A stretch of 64,000 bases of DNA, taken from assembly GCA_050084515.1 (NCBI GenBank), contig CM114271.1, positions 9,238,001 through 9,302,000 on the forward strand, in the 5' to 3' direction. The notes under the pieces were generated by a model. The model saw nothing but the letters and a program-made list of their open reading frames with translations, did not search any database and was not told the origin of the DNA. A program made the translations under genes and the position numbers. Position 1 is the first letter of the stretch; every line of letters begins with the position of its first letter. This document shows, one piece after another, positions 50,955 through 63,234 of this stretch. The DNA is from Blasia pusilla (lineage: Eukaryota).

Positions 50955-53900
50955 CTAGTCTATGATTTCTTCAGCCTCGTCATCTACAAATTTACTCCTA
51001 ACTCTCCTCGGTGATAGTACCAAAGGAATGTCCTGGGATTCAAGTGGCTCCTCTGGCCGGTTGTAGACGGGGATCGAAAATGTTGGCAAATTCGAGAGCC
51101 TTGGCCCCCCCCTAGGTACACCATAACGGTCCCATGTAACCTGTCTCGAGTCCCACCGCCTTCCTCGGCAAGATACCTTGTACGCTCTACAATGTGACAC
51201 CCATCCAATATCAATATGTGCTCCGCCCCCGGTAATACCACTATGGCAACATGGGGTAGAAGGAATCCAACACCTCGAGAGAAGAAAAGAAGCCGCCTTT
51301 GCCTTTTACGAGTTGAGGGAAGGTGCCAAGGGAAGAAGCCCGCCATCGCTCGATCCAAAAGGGTCCGATCAGGCAACCTGTCGGAATCAGACAGGTTTCC
51401 TGGAGGTGGTAAAAAGGGTCCTGTGGTCAAAAAGCGAAAAGTTGCAAGGAGGAAAAATCCGACGGGTTGCAAAGTAGAAGACCGTGGAGTACATAGACGA
51501 TCACATTCGAAAAGACAAAATGATCACCAAACATTTACAAGCACCACCATCGATCGAAAAAATCTTCTGCTTTATATCATCCGAAAAAAGCTCGGAACTG
51601 TACATTTGATCTATTCTATGAAATCTTTTGCCAAATTATCAAAAAACTCCAAACGCTGCAGTCAAGCTGGGTCGTTGAGTTCTTTCAACTCACTCGTCAT
51701 CGTCCGAGAGCTCTTGCAAAATCACTTTCGGCCTTGCCCTCCCGATTTTGGGAATCGTTGGAAGTGACGATGGAGTCACTACCAAGGGTGGCTCTGGAAC
51801 CGGAGCTCTCGGCTTTGGTGGAGAGTTGTACGCCCCAACGAGCCTTTCAGATTCTCGCTTTGCCTCCTTGCAAAGGTCAAGCGATTCTGCCTTCCCTCGA
51901 GGCAGAGAATGTTCCTGCCACTATGCCAGACGCCTTTGATACTCGCCCCTGAAAGGCCCACTAAGTCGAACACCAAGTCACCCGGCCTTGAGCAGAGCTC
52001 GATGAGCGTTTGCATCAGGGTTGGCGACTTTTCCCTTCCTCCCAGAAGCGGGGTATTGTCTTGCATGTAAATTCCCGGGGGAGGGGGGGGGGGGGATTGT
52101 ACAAACTATCTAAGCTGTACCCATCTGAGCATGGATCCACAGGATCCTGGATCTTGAACACCTGGAAATTGTGCTCGGGCGAGCAAAGCACGAGGAGTGG
52201 TCCATCAGTAAATCAACACGAAACAATGTCGAAACTAAAGAAGTCGCCTTGAGAAGATTTTCAATAACTGACTTTGGATCAACTTGTCGGAGTCTGACGG
52301 GTTGTTTGTCCCGGACCCACCCGTCGGAACCCGACGGGTTGCAGTTGCTTTTGGGTTTTCCAAGTTGATTTTGGTTTTCGGATGCAACCCGTTGGAAGGC
52401 GACGGGTTGCTGGCCTCAGACCAGCCCATGCTCGCCGAGAGCAACCCGTCGCTATACGGGTTGCATCCGAAAACCAAAATCAACTGCAACCCGTCGGGTT
52501 CCGACGGGTTGCAGGTACACCATGGTTTTCCCTCTGTATGTGGGAAAGATGCAACCCGTCGGAAACCGACGGGTTGCTCTTAGCCGAGCATGGGCTGCTC
52601 TAAGCCAGCAACCCGTCGCCTTCCGACGGGTTGCTCACGGACAAAAAAAACCCAGACTGACTCTCATTCTACACATCATTATAAGATAATTGAAATTATT
52701 GTACAGGAATATAGCCTTACCCGAGTCTGACTCGTTGCAGATCGGAGTGGGTACTCGTTTTTTATGATCCATGATTGTGCCGTCCTCCACTTTAGCGACC
52801 TCTTGACGCACTGGAGGTTGAAGAGCTCGTCCTCGCTCCCTCCATCCAACACCAAGAAGCAGCCCCTGTCACACTCGGATAGGGCGTCGCAAAGGAGAAC
52901 AAAAGTGCAATCTGGTCATAAGTGAGCGGCACATTCCACTCAGGTACCTCGTCCGCCGGATTTTCGCCCCAAAGTCGCAACCCCGAGGGCAGATCGGCGA
53001 TCAAGAGATCCACCGCAACCTCTTCCATGACTCCATTCACCATCCAGGCAGCGTGCCCGTTTTGTTGGAGCTTCCTTCCCAGCGTTGTCAATTTTTCGAT
53101 GGTAGTTGTCGACGCTGAGAATCAAGTCGTTCACTCATCCAAGAAAGAGGTGAATCGAAGGAGGACGCTTGTCCGGGTCATTGTTTGTCTGTGTCTTCCC
53201 AAGGATGGTGGGCTTTATTCTCCTTGGGACAACCCGGGCACCTCTCGCTTCCGCTTCTCTCAAGTCTGGGGACGGCTTGTCGGGGTTTCGATGACCTCGG
53301 ATTTTGGTGGCGTTTTCTTCGCCGAGGACCTGGTCCGACCCTCTCTTCCCGCTCGTCCGGACGATTCCGCCTCTGGCCTCTCATCTTCAGGCTCTCTTTG
53401 GGAAGTCTCGGCCTTTGAATTTTTCCCTCCCTCGCCTTGCCTTTGAGACCATTTGTGGATTTTTCTTTGGTGTCCGGACCTTTGAAGCCAACTCACTATC
53501 TCGTGGGCTGCTCTTCTGCATCTCCTCCAGAAGAAGTCTTCAGCCGGACGAAATTGGGGATGTCGTCTTGTCCGAGGCCACCTTTGCATCATGAAGCACT
53601 CGTAAGTCCTTATCCGTGATGTCTTGTGGTCGTTGAAGTCGAGCCAAATGGGGCAATTCTCCACCTCCCAATCCGACATGTGCTGACCCATCTCCACGTC
53701 GTACATGGAGAATGTCTCTGCATCCGGCGGCGAAGCCCACAATTTCAAGGCTATCGGAAATTTTCCCCACGTACCTGCGTTCTTACACTGGACGAGGTAT
53801 CTGAATACCATCCGTTTGGCAGCTTTTAGTCAAACATTATCGGCCGTCTGCTCCTGTAGATCTCGCTTCTTCTTCGCTTGATCCCGTTTGTTACCCTCTA

Positions 53901-54553
53901 CTTCTTCGTCAAGCTTTGCCTGAGGGAGGACGCAAACCTTGAACATGGTCTTGAATCCAGGGTTCTTGGTTGGCTTGTCCCGGATGTCGTCAAGCCAAAC
54001 CTCGTAATCTCCAGAACTTTCAAGGTTTGCTTCCGGCGGAATGGGCTCTAATCTTCTGAGCTCCGCTTGCAGACCGTCCAGCACGGACTTCTCGATTACC
54101 CGCAACGCGTCCCAAAACGACCATTCGCGTAGCCAATGCACGATCACTGGATCGGACACACCTGGAGGATGGTGTGCCGCCCTCTTCTGGGCCTCTGAGC
54201 CCTCGAGACTGATTTTCATCAGTCGTATCCTCCTGAACTCGCTAATCCCGGATAACGCAAAACAATGCACGCGATCCAGCGACACTTTCTCCCCAATCCG
54301 ACCATGCGGATCTTCATCCCTCTTCCGCTGACGCTTGATAATCGCCTTGAGCTCCTTGTAGAACTCCGGACCAAGTTCGAGGTTGAGAATGCTGATGTAT
54401 CGCTGCATCTTGCTCGCCGTGTATTTTGTTGCAGCAGATACAGCAGCTTGGATGAATTTGGCGTGCTCAGACGCAGATACCTTCTCCCTCCGCTCGGCTC
54501 GGTCTGGCGCTTTTTCTTTGACTGTATCTTCGACCAGCAAAGGATGGTTACGG
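50955..54553 (-). pseudogene. ParB-MTase gene, central and 3' exons (52721-54553, 51694-52205, 50955-51186)
   Basis: AVDLLIADLPSG; donor CGG|GTAAG at 52721/52720; GREKSPTLMQTLIELCSRPGDLVFDLVGLSGASIKGVWHSGRNILCLEG; terminal RSKFVDDEAEEIID*. Confidence 0.75.
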
Positions 54554-54579
54554 CTGCATCTTGAGAACAACATGTTTGG

Positions 54580-54903
54580 TGTCGTCCCGGGTGTGCAACC
54601 ATTCGGGACCCGACGGGTCACAGAGTCGTTCATGGGATGCCTCGGCCTTGCAACCCGTCGGGTTCTGACGGGTTGCAATAGGTGGGTTTAAGGTTACAAC
54701 ACGTCGGGTCTGTGGGACTGCTTAATATATGAACAAAAAAGTGCAAAAAAATTCAAACAAAAATTTTCCTCTCTTCAACCCAACGGAAACTCTCTTCAAA
54801 AAAAAAATCTATTTCGGTTGAAGGTAGTTTTCTCTCTCCTCTCTCCTCTCTTCCTCTCTCCTCTCTCCTCTCTTCCTCTCTTCCTCTCCTCTTACCGCAC
54901 CTC
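54580..54903 (-). mobile_element. Small inverted left-end fragment joined to transposase-intron DNA
   Basis: ...CTCTTACCGCACCTC ends at 54903 and abuts the first codons of the ParB gene (minus). Confidence 0.75.
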
Positions 54904-55344
54904 CTGTCCTAATGGACTTCGGAGTGAAGCTCCCAGACTTGTTGGCTTGAGATTTTTTCCTCGTCATTTTTTCCAGAAATGCCTCCATCTATGTCCACGA
55001 TGAATCCCTTGATCAGTCCACTTGCTGATGTCGAGATGAGTCACCTTGATGGGTAGCTCGAATCGTCTCGCAATTGTTCAGTCGAACCGTCTCGCTCTCG
55101 TTCGGTCGAACCGTCCCGCACTCGTTCCCTCCTATCGACTCGCGATGACTCGCCGTGTGAAACGCCCCTTGGTATCTGATCAGTTGCTGCGCGGGAGAGT
55201 GAGGAATGGAGATCGTGAAATGAGAAACCAAAAATGAGCAATTTCTGCCCTATTTATACTTTTCTAGCCGTTGGGCTGACCGTTGGGTCGCGTCGTCTGT
55301 TCGACGGTGACGTGCCAGAGGTTACACAAGTCCGGAGGTGAAAA

Positions 55345-55945
55345 ATGGCAACCCGTCGGATCCGACAGGTTCCGCTGTGCGCCTCTGCCATCCTGGGTAC
55401 GTTGCCATGTGCGCAAGCAACCCGTCGGAGACCGACGGGTTGAGCGCCTCTGTCGTCTTTGGACCAGAACCCGAGGTACCCGCGCAACCCGTCGGAGACC
55501 GACATGTTGCGCGCCTCCGCCGTGTTTAGGATAGGAACGGGACGTACCCAGGAAATCCGTCGGAGACCGTTGGGTTCCATGCTTCCCTCGTCAAGGGTTA
55601 AGAACGCGGGGTTCCCGTGCAAGTCGTCGGAGTTCGACTGGTTGCACACTTCATGTAAGCACCACAAGGCGAGGCCCTTGCGCAACACGTTGGAGGGCGA
55701 CGGGTTGCACGCCTCGCCGTCTTTGGGCAAATAGGTGCGGAACTCGTCGGGAACAGACGGTATGCACACCTCCGGCATCTTTGGGCAAGAAGGATCGGTA
55801 TCCGAACAACTCGTCGGAGAGCGACGGGTTGCCCGCTTTGACCATGTTTGGCAAAAGGGTGCAACCTGTCCGAAGCCGACGGGTTGCAGGCTTCGGTTAG
55901 CTTGTGGTAATTTTTGAGTTACCAGGACTCCGACGGGTTCCAGCA
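55345..55945. repeat. Palindrome array, inverted copy of the divergent promoter region
   Basis: Reverse-complement homolog of 43125-43815. Confidence 0.9.
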
Positions 55946-56179
55946 AAATGAAGTGTGCTTCGCAACCCTCTGCTTCCCAAATCCGGTAACACATTGCAAT
56001 AGAATTGAGTCTGTTGTTACATAATTGGATCCATTGTGTCAGACAATGTCACCTACCGAATTCATCTTGTCAGTAAAAATCTGTCAGGAGTATCTGTTTT
56101 CCTATTCACTATAAATTAAACATTCTCATTCATATTCTCTTTCTCATTCTCACCCTCTTCCCATACAAACTTTCACGGA

Positions 56180-58202
56180 ATGGATAATTATGTTAAGCTC
56201 ACTTGTGGCAGCCATCTGGCGGCCCTTCCTCAATCAGAAATCATTCGACCCGAAGCTCGTGAGTCTTTCATAGCAGTGGATGAAAATTTTCTGTCTGTTC
56301 GATTTCTTCTCCAAATTGGAACCATCTTTGTATCCAAAGATGTTAGGGTGGACGGTACGGAAGACATAATAGGTGAGACGGTCCAGTCAGTGACCTCACA
56401 CCGTAAAGTATGGAATCTTCTACCTATAGCAAATGGTCAATACAGAGTTTACGGCCTGCCCCTGAATTCGTATGTTTCCCAAGTAGACGGTCTAGAATTT
56501 CCTAGTGCTCCGAGCTCTACGTTTGCAACTCCAAGCTTTGCAGATCCGGCTTCGACTCCAACTTCGCACGCTCGTAACAATGTTGTTCTTTCTGCAGAGA
56601 TTCCGGATGTAATCAACCTCAGTGGATCTGTCGAACATCAATCGGGCCCTCTATCCGCCTACTCGAAATCACGAAATATCACGAAATATCACGAAATAGT
56701 TTGCTTTCGTCTCTGGCCTTGAAAATGTTCAAGCACATTCTTGTCGACAAGCTGCCGCCCACCTACGATGGTAATTGCATTTTTGAGTTGCCTCCACTTG
56801 CGGCTCCTGCTCAAAAGAAGGATGGAGGACGCCTGAAGGGTATGGACAGAAAGTCTGATTGTCATCGATGGTGCAGGCTTCAACGGACTAGTGCTTCAAT
56901 TCTAGATGGTCCTTGGATTGTCTCCCACCGCCAATGCGTGGGAGCCTTGGAGTGTAGAAGTCCAGCATGCCCGTATCTAGAGCGCATCGGGCGAGTCAAT
57001 ACGTCGCAATTCTCTCCCAAGCATGCAGAAACTCCATACGAGGTCGATGCCACCATACCGACGGGAGGCCATTGATGTCCTCATTGTCAAGCATCGCCCT
57101 TCTGCGTTGGAGCATGTCCTCCATACATATTTTTCGTTGTCCATGACTTGGGCTCCACGTTAGATTACACAAGGCTGACAGTTCATGTTGGCTCCCACAC
57201 TCATCCTGTGTCCGATGCAATTCAAAGACACATCAAGGAGGATGTGGCTGAGAAAGTTTCCGAGGTCTACAGAAACTCTCCGGGTTCAAATCCCGGAGTG
57301 ATCAAGCTCACAACGACATCGCAAATTTGTGAATAATTGCTTGGAATCCCTGGACAGGGCGAGATCACGGCGGTTGAGGAGAAACAACTCTGGGAAAATC
57401 TCGCATTTCTCGCTGATCCTGAATGCTTACGGAATTTGCTGCTTCAAATACATTTTCTGCATGGAAAGACGGCCGAAATGGATGCCATCGCCCGAATCAA
57501 GGCCAACTCTAGATTTCCATTCATTCAGAGATGGCAATTCATGGGCCAAGGAGGCGAGGGATCTAGGGCCTATGTCTTCAAAATATCAACCACATGTCGG
57601 TCGAGTGGCCTCGATCTTATAGATCGAATGAGGGAAGGGGAAGATCTTTACGGGAGCTGGGTAAGCTTTGATATTTGCTACAGAGTGCTGAAGGATGGTT
57701 GACGATGGGTGCTCACGTTTATGACCATGTGGAGAAGGGACTCAAAACTATATTTATCTGTGAAGTAAAAGCGTAAGACGCGTTGGCGGTTTGAAGATGT
57801 CTTTGGTTACTCTTATTGGAGGTGGTGAAGGAAAACAAAAGGCCACCTCCGGAAATTTATGGGTTCATGGCGGACAATGCACAACCTGGGTGGATTGCTA
57901 TCCGGGAAGTGTTCTGGGGTGGAGAGGTTCAACCGGAGAGGGAAAAGTCGGATGCTTTCCATTGGCAACAGTCTGTGACCCGGTACACCAAATCTTGCAT
58001 CAAGGAGAATAAGAGGACAGAGCATGTCACTCTACTCCAACGTTGCAAGGACAACAAAACCTTCAAGCAAGCCATGGAATGCCAGAAAGAACTTCATGGG
58101 TGGTGGAGGAAGCATGCGATTGAGAGGAAGTACAAAGAGTTGTGCTCTTGGTTGAGTTGGTGGACTGTATGTATGAGACAATGGGGAAACTTCATGCGGT
58201 AG
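56180..58202 (+). pseudogene. MULE-like transposase exon 1 (frameshifted)
   Basis: MDNYVKLTCGSH..., RQCVGALECRSPACPYLE...VHVGSHTHPV, WVSFDIC, GFMADNA, SDAFHW; donor GTGAGT at ~58203. Confidence 0.82.
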
Positions 58203-58400
58203 GTGAGTTCACTATTTTGTCTTGTCAAGCTCACGCTGAGAATTGTTTGTAAAGTTGTAGCTCAGGGTGAGAAGCGTGGGAACTATATGGATTTCAAACA
58301 CAAGAAACCAAGCAAGCTGTCGGATGCGACGGGTTGCCCGAGTGTGCAACCCAACGAAACCGACGGGTTGCATCCAGATTTTTGGTGCAACCTGAGTGTG

Positions 58401-61400
58401 GAGGTGTGGTAAGAAGAGAGGAAGAGAGGAGAGAGGAGAGAGGAAACTACCTTCAACCGAAATAGATACTTTTTTTTAAGAGAGTTTCCGTTGGGTTGAA
58501 GAGAGGAAACTTTTTGTGTGAATATTTTTGCCTTTGCTTTTGTTCATTTATTAAACAATCCCCGCTTTATTTTCCTCTTCCATATTTTGGCAACCCCAGT
58601 GAGTCCGACGAGTGGCAAATTGCACAAAATTTAGAAAACTGAAAAATCAGTGGAATCATAAGTGTGGAACCAATCACTTTTTCCATCCAAGGTCTGGAAA
58701 AAATCTATCATTTGCCCCGGGCTGAATAGAGTTCAAGCTCAAAGTGAAGGTTGAGGAAAAATAAAAGTACAATCTAAAACCTCATTTTGCATCCTCAAAG
58801 TGGTTTGTTTAAAATACTTCGCAGTTCTTTGAGGGAGATAATTGGTTGGTGGATTCCTACTCCTACCTCCGACTCTCTTAAAACTACTAGCAACACATAG
58901 TACATGTGCTTACAAGGGAAATACCTTTTGCCACTTGTCTCTCTTTGGACAAAGTCATCACATGAACATGTGGGAAAGCAACAAATGTGCACCACATACA
59001 CCCCTGTGACACTTGAATTTGAGTGTTGTTCTGACCCAATACATCCTTCCTATTCCATTGCCACTCAAGACATCTTTCGTGGCGATGATCTCCATTTTTG
59101 CCTCCCGAGCTTATTGCATTCGCTTTGCTCTCTCCACCGTTGGCCTGCACATTCTGTTTCTCTTCACCCCATTTCTAGACTCAAACAGAAATAATGGATT
59201 GAGATCATCCACCTTCTCCGGGTACATGTTGACATCAATCTTGGGTTGAATACAAAATGCGAAGGTCTCTGTAATGCTGAACATGCTCCAAACTTCCCCG
59301 TCTCTGAGTGCGAAACCGACACTTGTAAGATTGTCCACTTCGTCTTGAGTGTAGTTCGTGCCTGCGGCGATGGGCCAAATCGTGGGGGTATTCCCGGGAG
59401 CTCCAATGGCAGCCGGACAAGACTTCCGGAAAGCGAAATATTCATTTGGGCAGAAGAAGTACTTCAATTGATCCCTGGTCCTCGTGAAACGATCAAAGGT
59501 TTTGAGTCCCGAAAACCCAGGCAGAGGTCGTCCAGTCCTTGTACAGTTCTTATTTAGGAAAGTGCCGCATGCTCTCCTAATGCCATCAGATCCTGCCCTG
59601 TAGGTGGGTCCACGTCCTGGGTTGCTCCGAGATAAATGCCACCGTTTTAGGTTGCAATCCACCTCCATTACCGGAATCCCATATTGTTGAACCACCCGAG
59701 TGACAGGATGTTGCGAACTTCCAGCAACGGAGGGCTTTTGAAATAAAACATTCATTGATTTTGGAGAAGTAACTCCATCACGGATTTGGGACGGGTCTGG
59801 GGTCCCCGAATACCTGGGCGGTGTAATGTCCTCATCCAAATCAATCACCGGATTTGTTCCTCGATGCTGCCTCTTCACCTGCCTGAAGTCAAGATACTTA
59901 TATGGTCTCCACGAGTCTTGTTCGGACTGCTCTACCACCATCTGTATGGGACATCTTGAAACCCGCCCACAAATATCCCCACCTATGTGTATGTCTTGCT
60001 CGAGTGGAATTCCAGCTACGCACCGGTTGAAGGCTTCCACATACCGTTTTTCATCACCAGATCTCACTGCCGCCCTGACATAGAGCTCGTATATCGACGG
60101 CCCTTTTCCTTTTGTTATGCCTTTTGTGAGAAAGATATGGGATGCTACAGACTGTAGCATTGCTCTTGCCTGGTCTTGTTGGCATGCCTCCACAAGTGAA
60201 ATTCGTTGGCATGCTTGAGACGACGTCCAGGAGGAATGAACACTTTTTGCTCCACTTGTGTTGGGGCAGAGGGCATTTTCATGAACGTTCAGTCCCTGCA
60301 ATGACGGAAATGTTAGAAGGGAACGAAAATAACTCAGGAGTCAAAGAAATAAGCGACCTGTCGGAACCAGACGGGTTGCAGGCCCGAGGCATCCCATTAA
60401 TGACTCTGCGACTCGTCGGGTCCCGACGTGTTGTAACCTTAAACCCACCTACTGCAACCCGTGGGAACCCGACGGGTTGCAAGGCCGAGGCATCCCATGA
60501 ACGACTCTGTAACCTGTTGGGTCCCGACGGGTTGCACACTCGAGTTGCACCAAACATCTGGATGCAACTCGTTGGTTTCCGTTGGGTTGCACACTCGGGC
60601 AACCTATCGCATCCGACAGCTTGCTTGGTTTCTTGGGTTTGAAATCCATATAATTCCCACGCTTCTCACCCTGAGCTACAACTTTACAAACAATTCTCAG
60701 TGTGAGCTTGACAAGACAAAATAGTGAACTCACCTGCCGCATGAAGTTTCCCCATTCTCTCATACGTACAGTCCACCAACTCAACCAAGAGCACAACTCT
60801 TTGTACTTCCCCTCAATCGCATGCTTCCTCCACCACCCATGAAGGTCTTCTTTGCATTCCATGGCCTGCTTCAAGGTTTTGCTGTCCTTGCAGCGTTGGA
60901 GTAGAGTGACATTCTCTGTCCTCTTATTCTCCTTGATGCAAGATTTGGTGTACCAGGTCACAGACTGTTGCCAATGGAAAGCATCCGACTTTTCCCTCTC
61001 CGATTGAACCTCTCCACCCCATAACACTTCCCGGATAGCAATCCACCCAGGTTGTGCATTGTCCGCCATGAACCCATAAATTTCCGGAGGTGGCCTTTTG
61101 TTTTCCTTCACCACCTCCAATAAGAGTAACCAACACATCTTCAAACTGCCAACGTCTTCTGCCTTTACTTCACAGACAAATATAGTTTTGAGTCCCTTCT
61201 CCACATGGTCATAAACGTGAGCACCCATCTTCAACCATCCGTTCAGCACTCTGAAGCAAATATCAAAGCTTACCCAGCTCCCGTAAAGATCTTCCCCTTC
61301 CCTCATTCGATCTATAAGATCGAGGCCACTCGACGGACCTGTGGTTGACATTTTGAAGATATAGGCCTTGGATCCCTCGCCTCCTTGGCCCATGAACTGC

Positions 61401-61475
61401 CATCTCTGAATGAATGGAAATATGGAGTTGGCCTTGATTCTGGCGATGGCATCCATTTCGGCCGTCTTTCTTCCT
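58401..61475 (-). mobile_element. Element left end plus 3' two-thirds of the transposase (exon 1 part 60734-61475, intron 60296-60733, exon 2 58795-60295)
   Basis: GAGGTGTGGTAAG at 58401; CAG|GTGAGT and TTGCAG|GGA splice sites join FMRQ to GLNVHENALCPNTSGAKSVHSSW; SWIM CSCDDF-x-FPCKH at 58795-59001. Confidence 0.85.
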
Positions 61476-61476
61476 C

Positions 61477-62325
61477 ACAAAAGGCATAACAAAAGGAAAG
61501 GGGCCGTCGATCTACGAGCTCTATGTCAGGGCGGCTGTGAGATCTGGTGATGAAAAAATGTATGTGGAAGCCTTCAACCGGTGCGTAGCTGGAACTCCAC
61601 TCGAGCAAGACGTACACATTGGTGGGGATATTGGTGGGCTGGTTTCAAGACGTCCCATACAGATGGTGGTAGAGCAGTCCGAGCGAGACTCGTGGAGACC
61701 AGATAAGTATCTTGACTTCAAGCAAGTGAAGAGGCATCATCAAGGAACAAATCCGGTGATTGATTTGGATGAGGAAATTACACCGCCCAGGTATTCAGGG
61801 ACCCCGGACCCGTCCCAAATCCGTGATGGAGTTACTTCTCCAAAATCAGTGAATGTTTTATTTCAAAAGACCTCCGTTGCTAGAAGTTCGCAACATCCTG
61901 TCACTCGGGTGGTTCAACAATATGGGATTCCGGTAATGGAGGTGGATTGCAACCTAAAACGGTGGCATATATCTCAGAGCAACCCTGGACGTGGACCCAC
62001 CTGTAGGGCAGGATCTGATGGCATTAGGAGAGCATGCGGCACTTTCCTAAATAAGAACTGTAGAAGGAGTGGACGACCACTGCCTGGGTTTTGGGGACTC
62101 AAAACCTTTGATCGTTTCACGAGGACTAGGGATCAATTGAAGTTCTTCTTCTGCCCAAATGAATATTGCGCTTTCCGGAAGTCTTATCCGGCTGCCATTG
62201 GAGCTCCCGAGAATACCCCCACGATTTGGCCCATCGCCGCAGGCACGAACTGCACTCAAGACGAAGTGGACAATCTTACAAGTGCCGGTTTCAGACTCGT
62301 AGACGGGGGAAGTTTGGAGCATGTT
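61477..62325 (+). pseudogene. Inverted duplicate of part of transposase exon 2
   Basis: Reverse complement of ~59280-60128; Cys cluster CRAG...CGTF...FCPNEYC. Confidence 0.8.
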
Positions 62326-62334
62326 TACAAGTTA

Positions 62335-63218
62335 CGGGAAAAAGCAATAGCCATTGACGATAGCCCTGCCCGTCCAACCGAAAGTGTTGAGATGCGGGAA
62401 ATGTCCCCCATGAAGTCCGGGGACACAATCAACATAGTGGAAATGCCAGAAGTTGAAATCAATGACGACGAGGTCATGAGGACCGCCAGCGTGGAGATGG
62501 TGGACATGGCCGAAGAAGCCAGAGAGCGGTCATTCTCGACTCCAAGCCTGACGGAGGACATCGACCTCTATCAGATCGACGAGTTCCTAGTCGATTTTCC
62601 AGCTTCTATCTCATACAAGTTGGCTGGTCAAGAAACCGACCCAATTTTTGAGCGGGTAAGAGAGGATATGGGTTTTTTGAATTATGTGAATTGCAATTCA
62701 TTGGGAATTCAGTGTAGCTTATTCATCTTGTCCCGGTTGTGACATGTGGTAAAGCAGATGGCACTCATGGAGGGCCACAATGCCCTGAGGATTCCACTCT
62801 GCCGATTGCGGACAATGGAATACGTCTGCGAAATTCAGTCCGACGAGGACATCGCGAAGCTTAAACATTCGGCGGCGACAACATCCTACGTCGACAGCTT
62901 TCCTCCCTTCTATGTTCAGCCTTACGACGAGCATGGAACCCAATCTCTGGTTATGGAGGAGGACTTGGAAAAGCTCGACACATTCTGGAGGATGAGAGAT
63001 CAGGATTTCAGAAGGCAAGTAGAGGGCACGGAATTCAGCTGGATGAGGAATCTGCATTTCTTCATCTGGGATGGAAATCACAGGTTCATGGCGTGGACCA
63101 AGTTTGCGGAGGAGCGGCCCAACTCCTTGGAGGCACATTTTTGCGTGAAGGCAGTGGTCCTTCACCCATTCCCTCATCACATGGCGAGGGTGGAGATGGC
63201 AATGCATGCCATGAACAC
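62335..63218 (+). pseudogene. ParB/Srx-like exon of gene B (includes a segment deleted in the 44 kb copy)
   Basis: RIPLCRLRTMEYV...FFIWDGNHRFMAW...AMHAMNT followed by donor GTGAGT at ~63219. Confidence 0.78.
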
Positions 63219-63234
63219 GTGAGTATCTTTAACA

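Larger units (their letters stand above)
49880..58400 (-). mobile_element. Inverted segment of the element (right end, ParB-MTase on minus, promoter, transposase 5' half on plus)
   Basis: Right end GGGGGCTGGTATTCTGGCAGG at ~49880; MTase exons on minus; transposase 56180-58202 on plus; inverted duplication CACACTCAGG at both boundaries. Confidence 0.82.

Noticed and set aside
55254-55994. ORFs with repeated QPVG.RRVA / ATRR..TGC / CNPS..DGL peptides (also at 10.4, 15, 43, 45, 48, 52, 60 and 63 kb)
   Set aside because: These are translations of the DNA palindrome in all frames on both strands, within introns or intergenic DNA.
60449-60733. C-terminal tails of transposase ORFs 60449-61456 and 40660-41559 after FMRQ
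   Set aside because: They are read-through into the intron beyond the CAG|GTGAGT donor.
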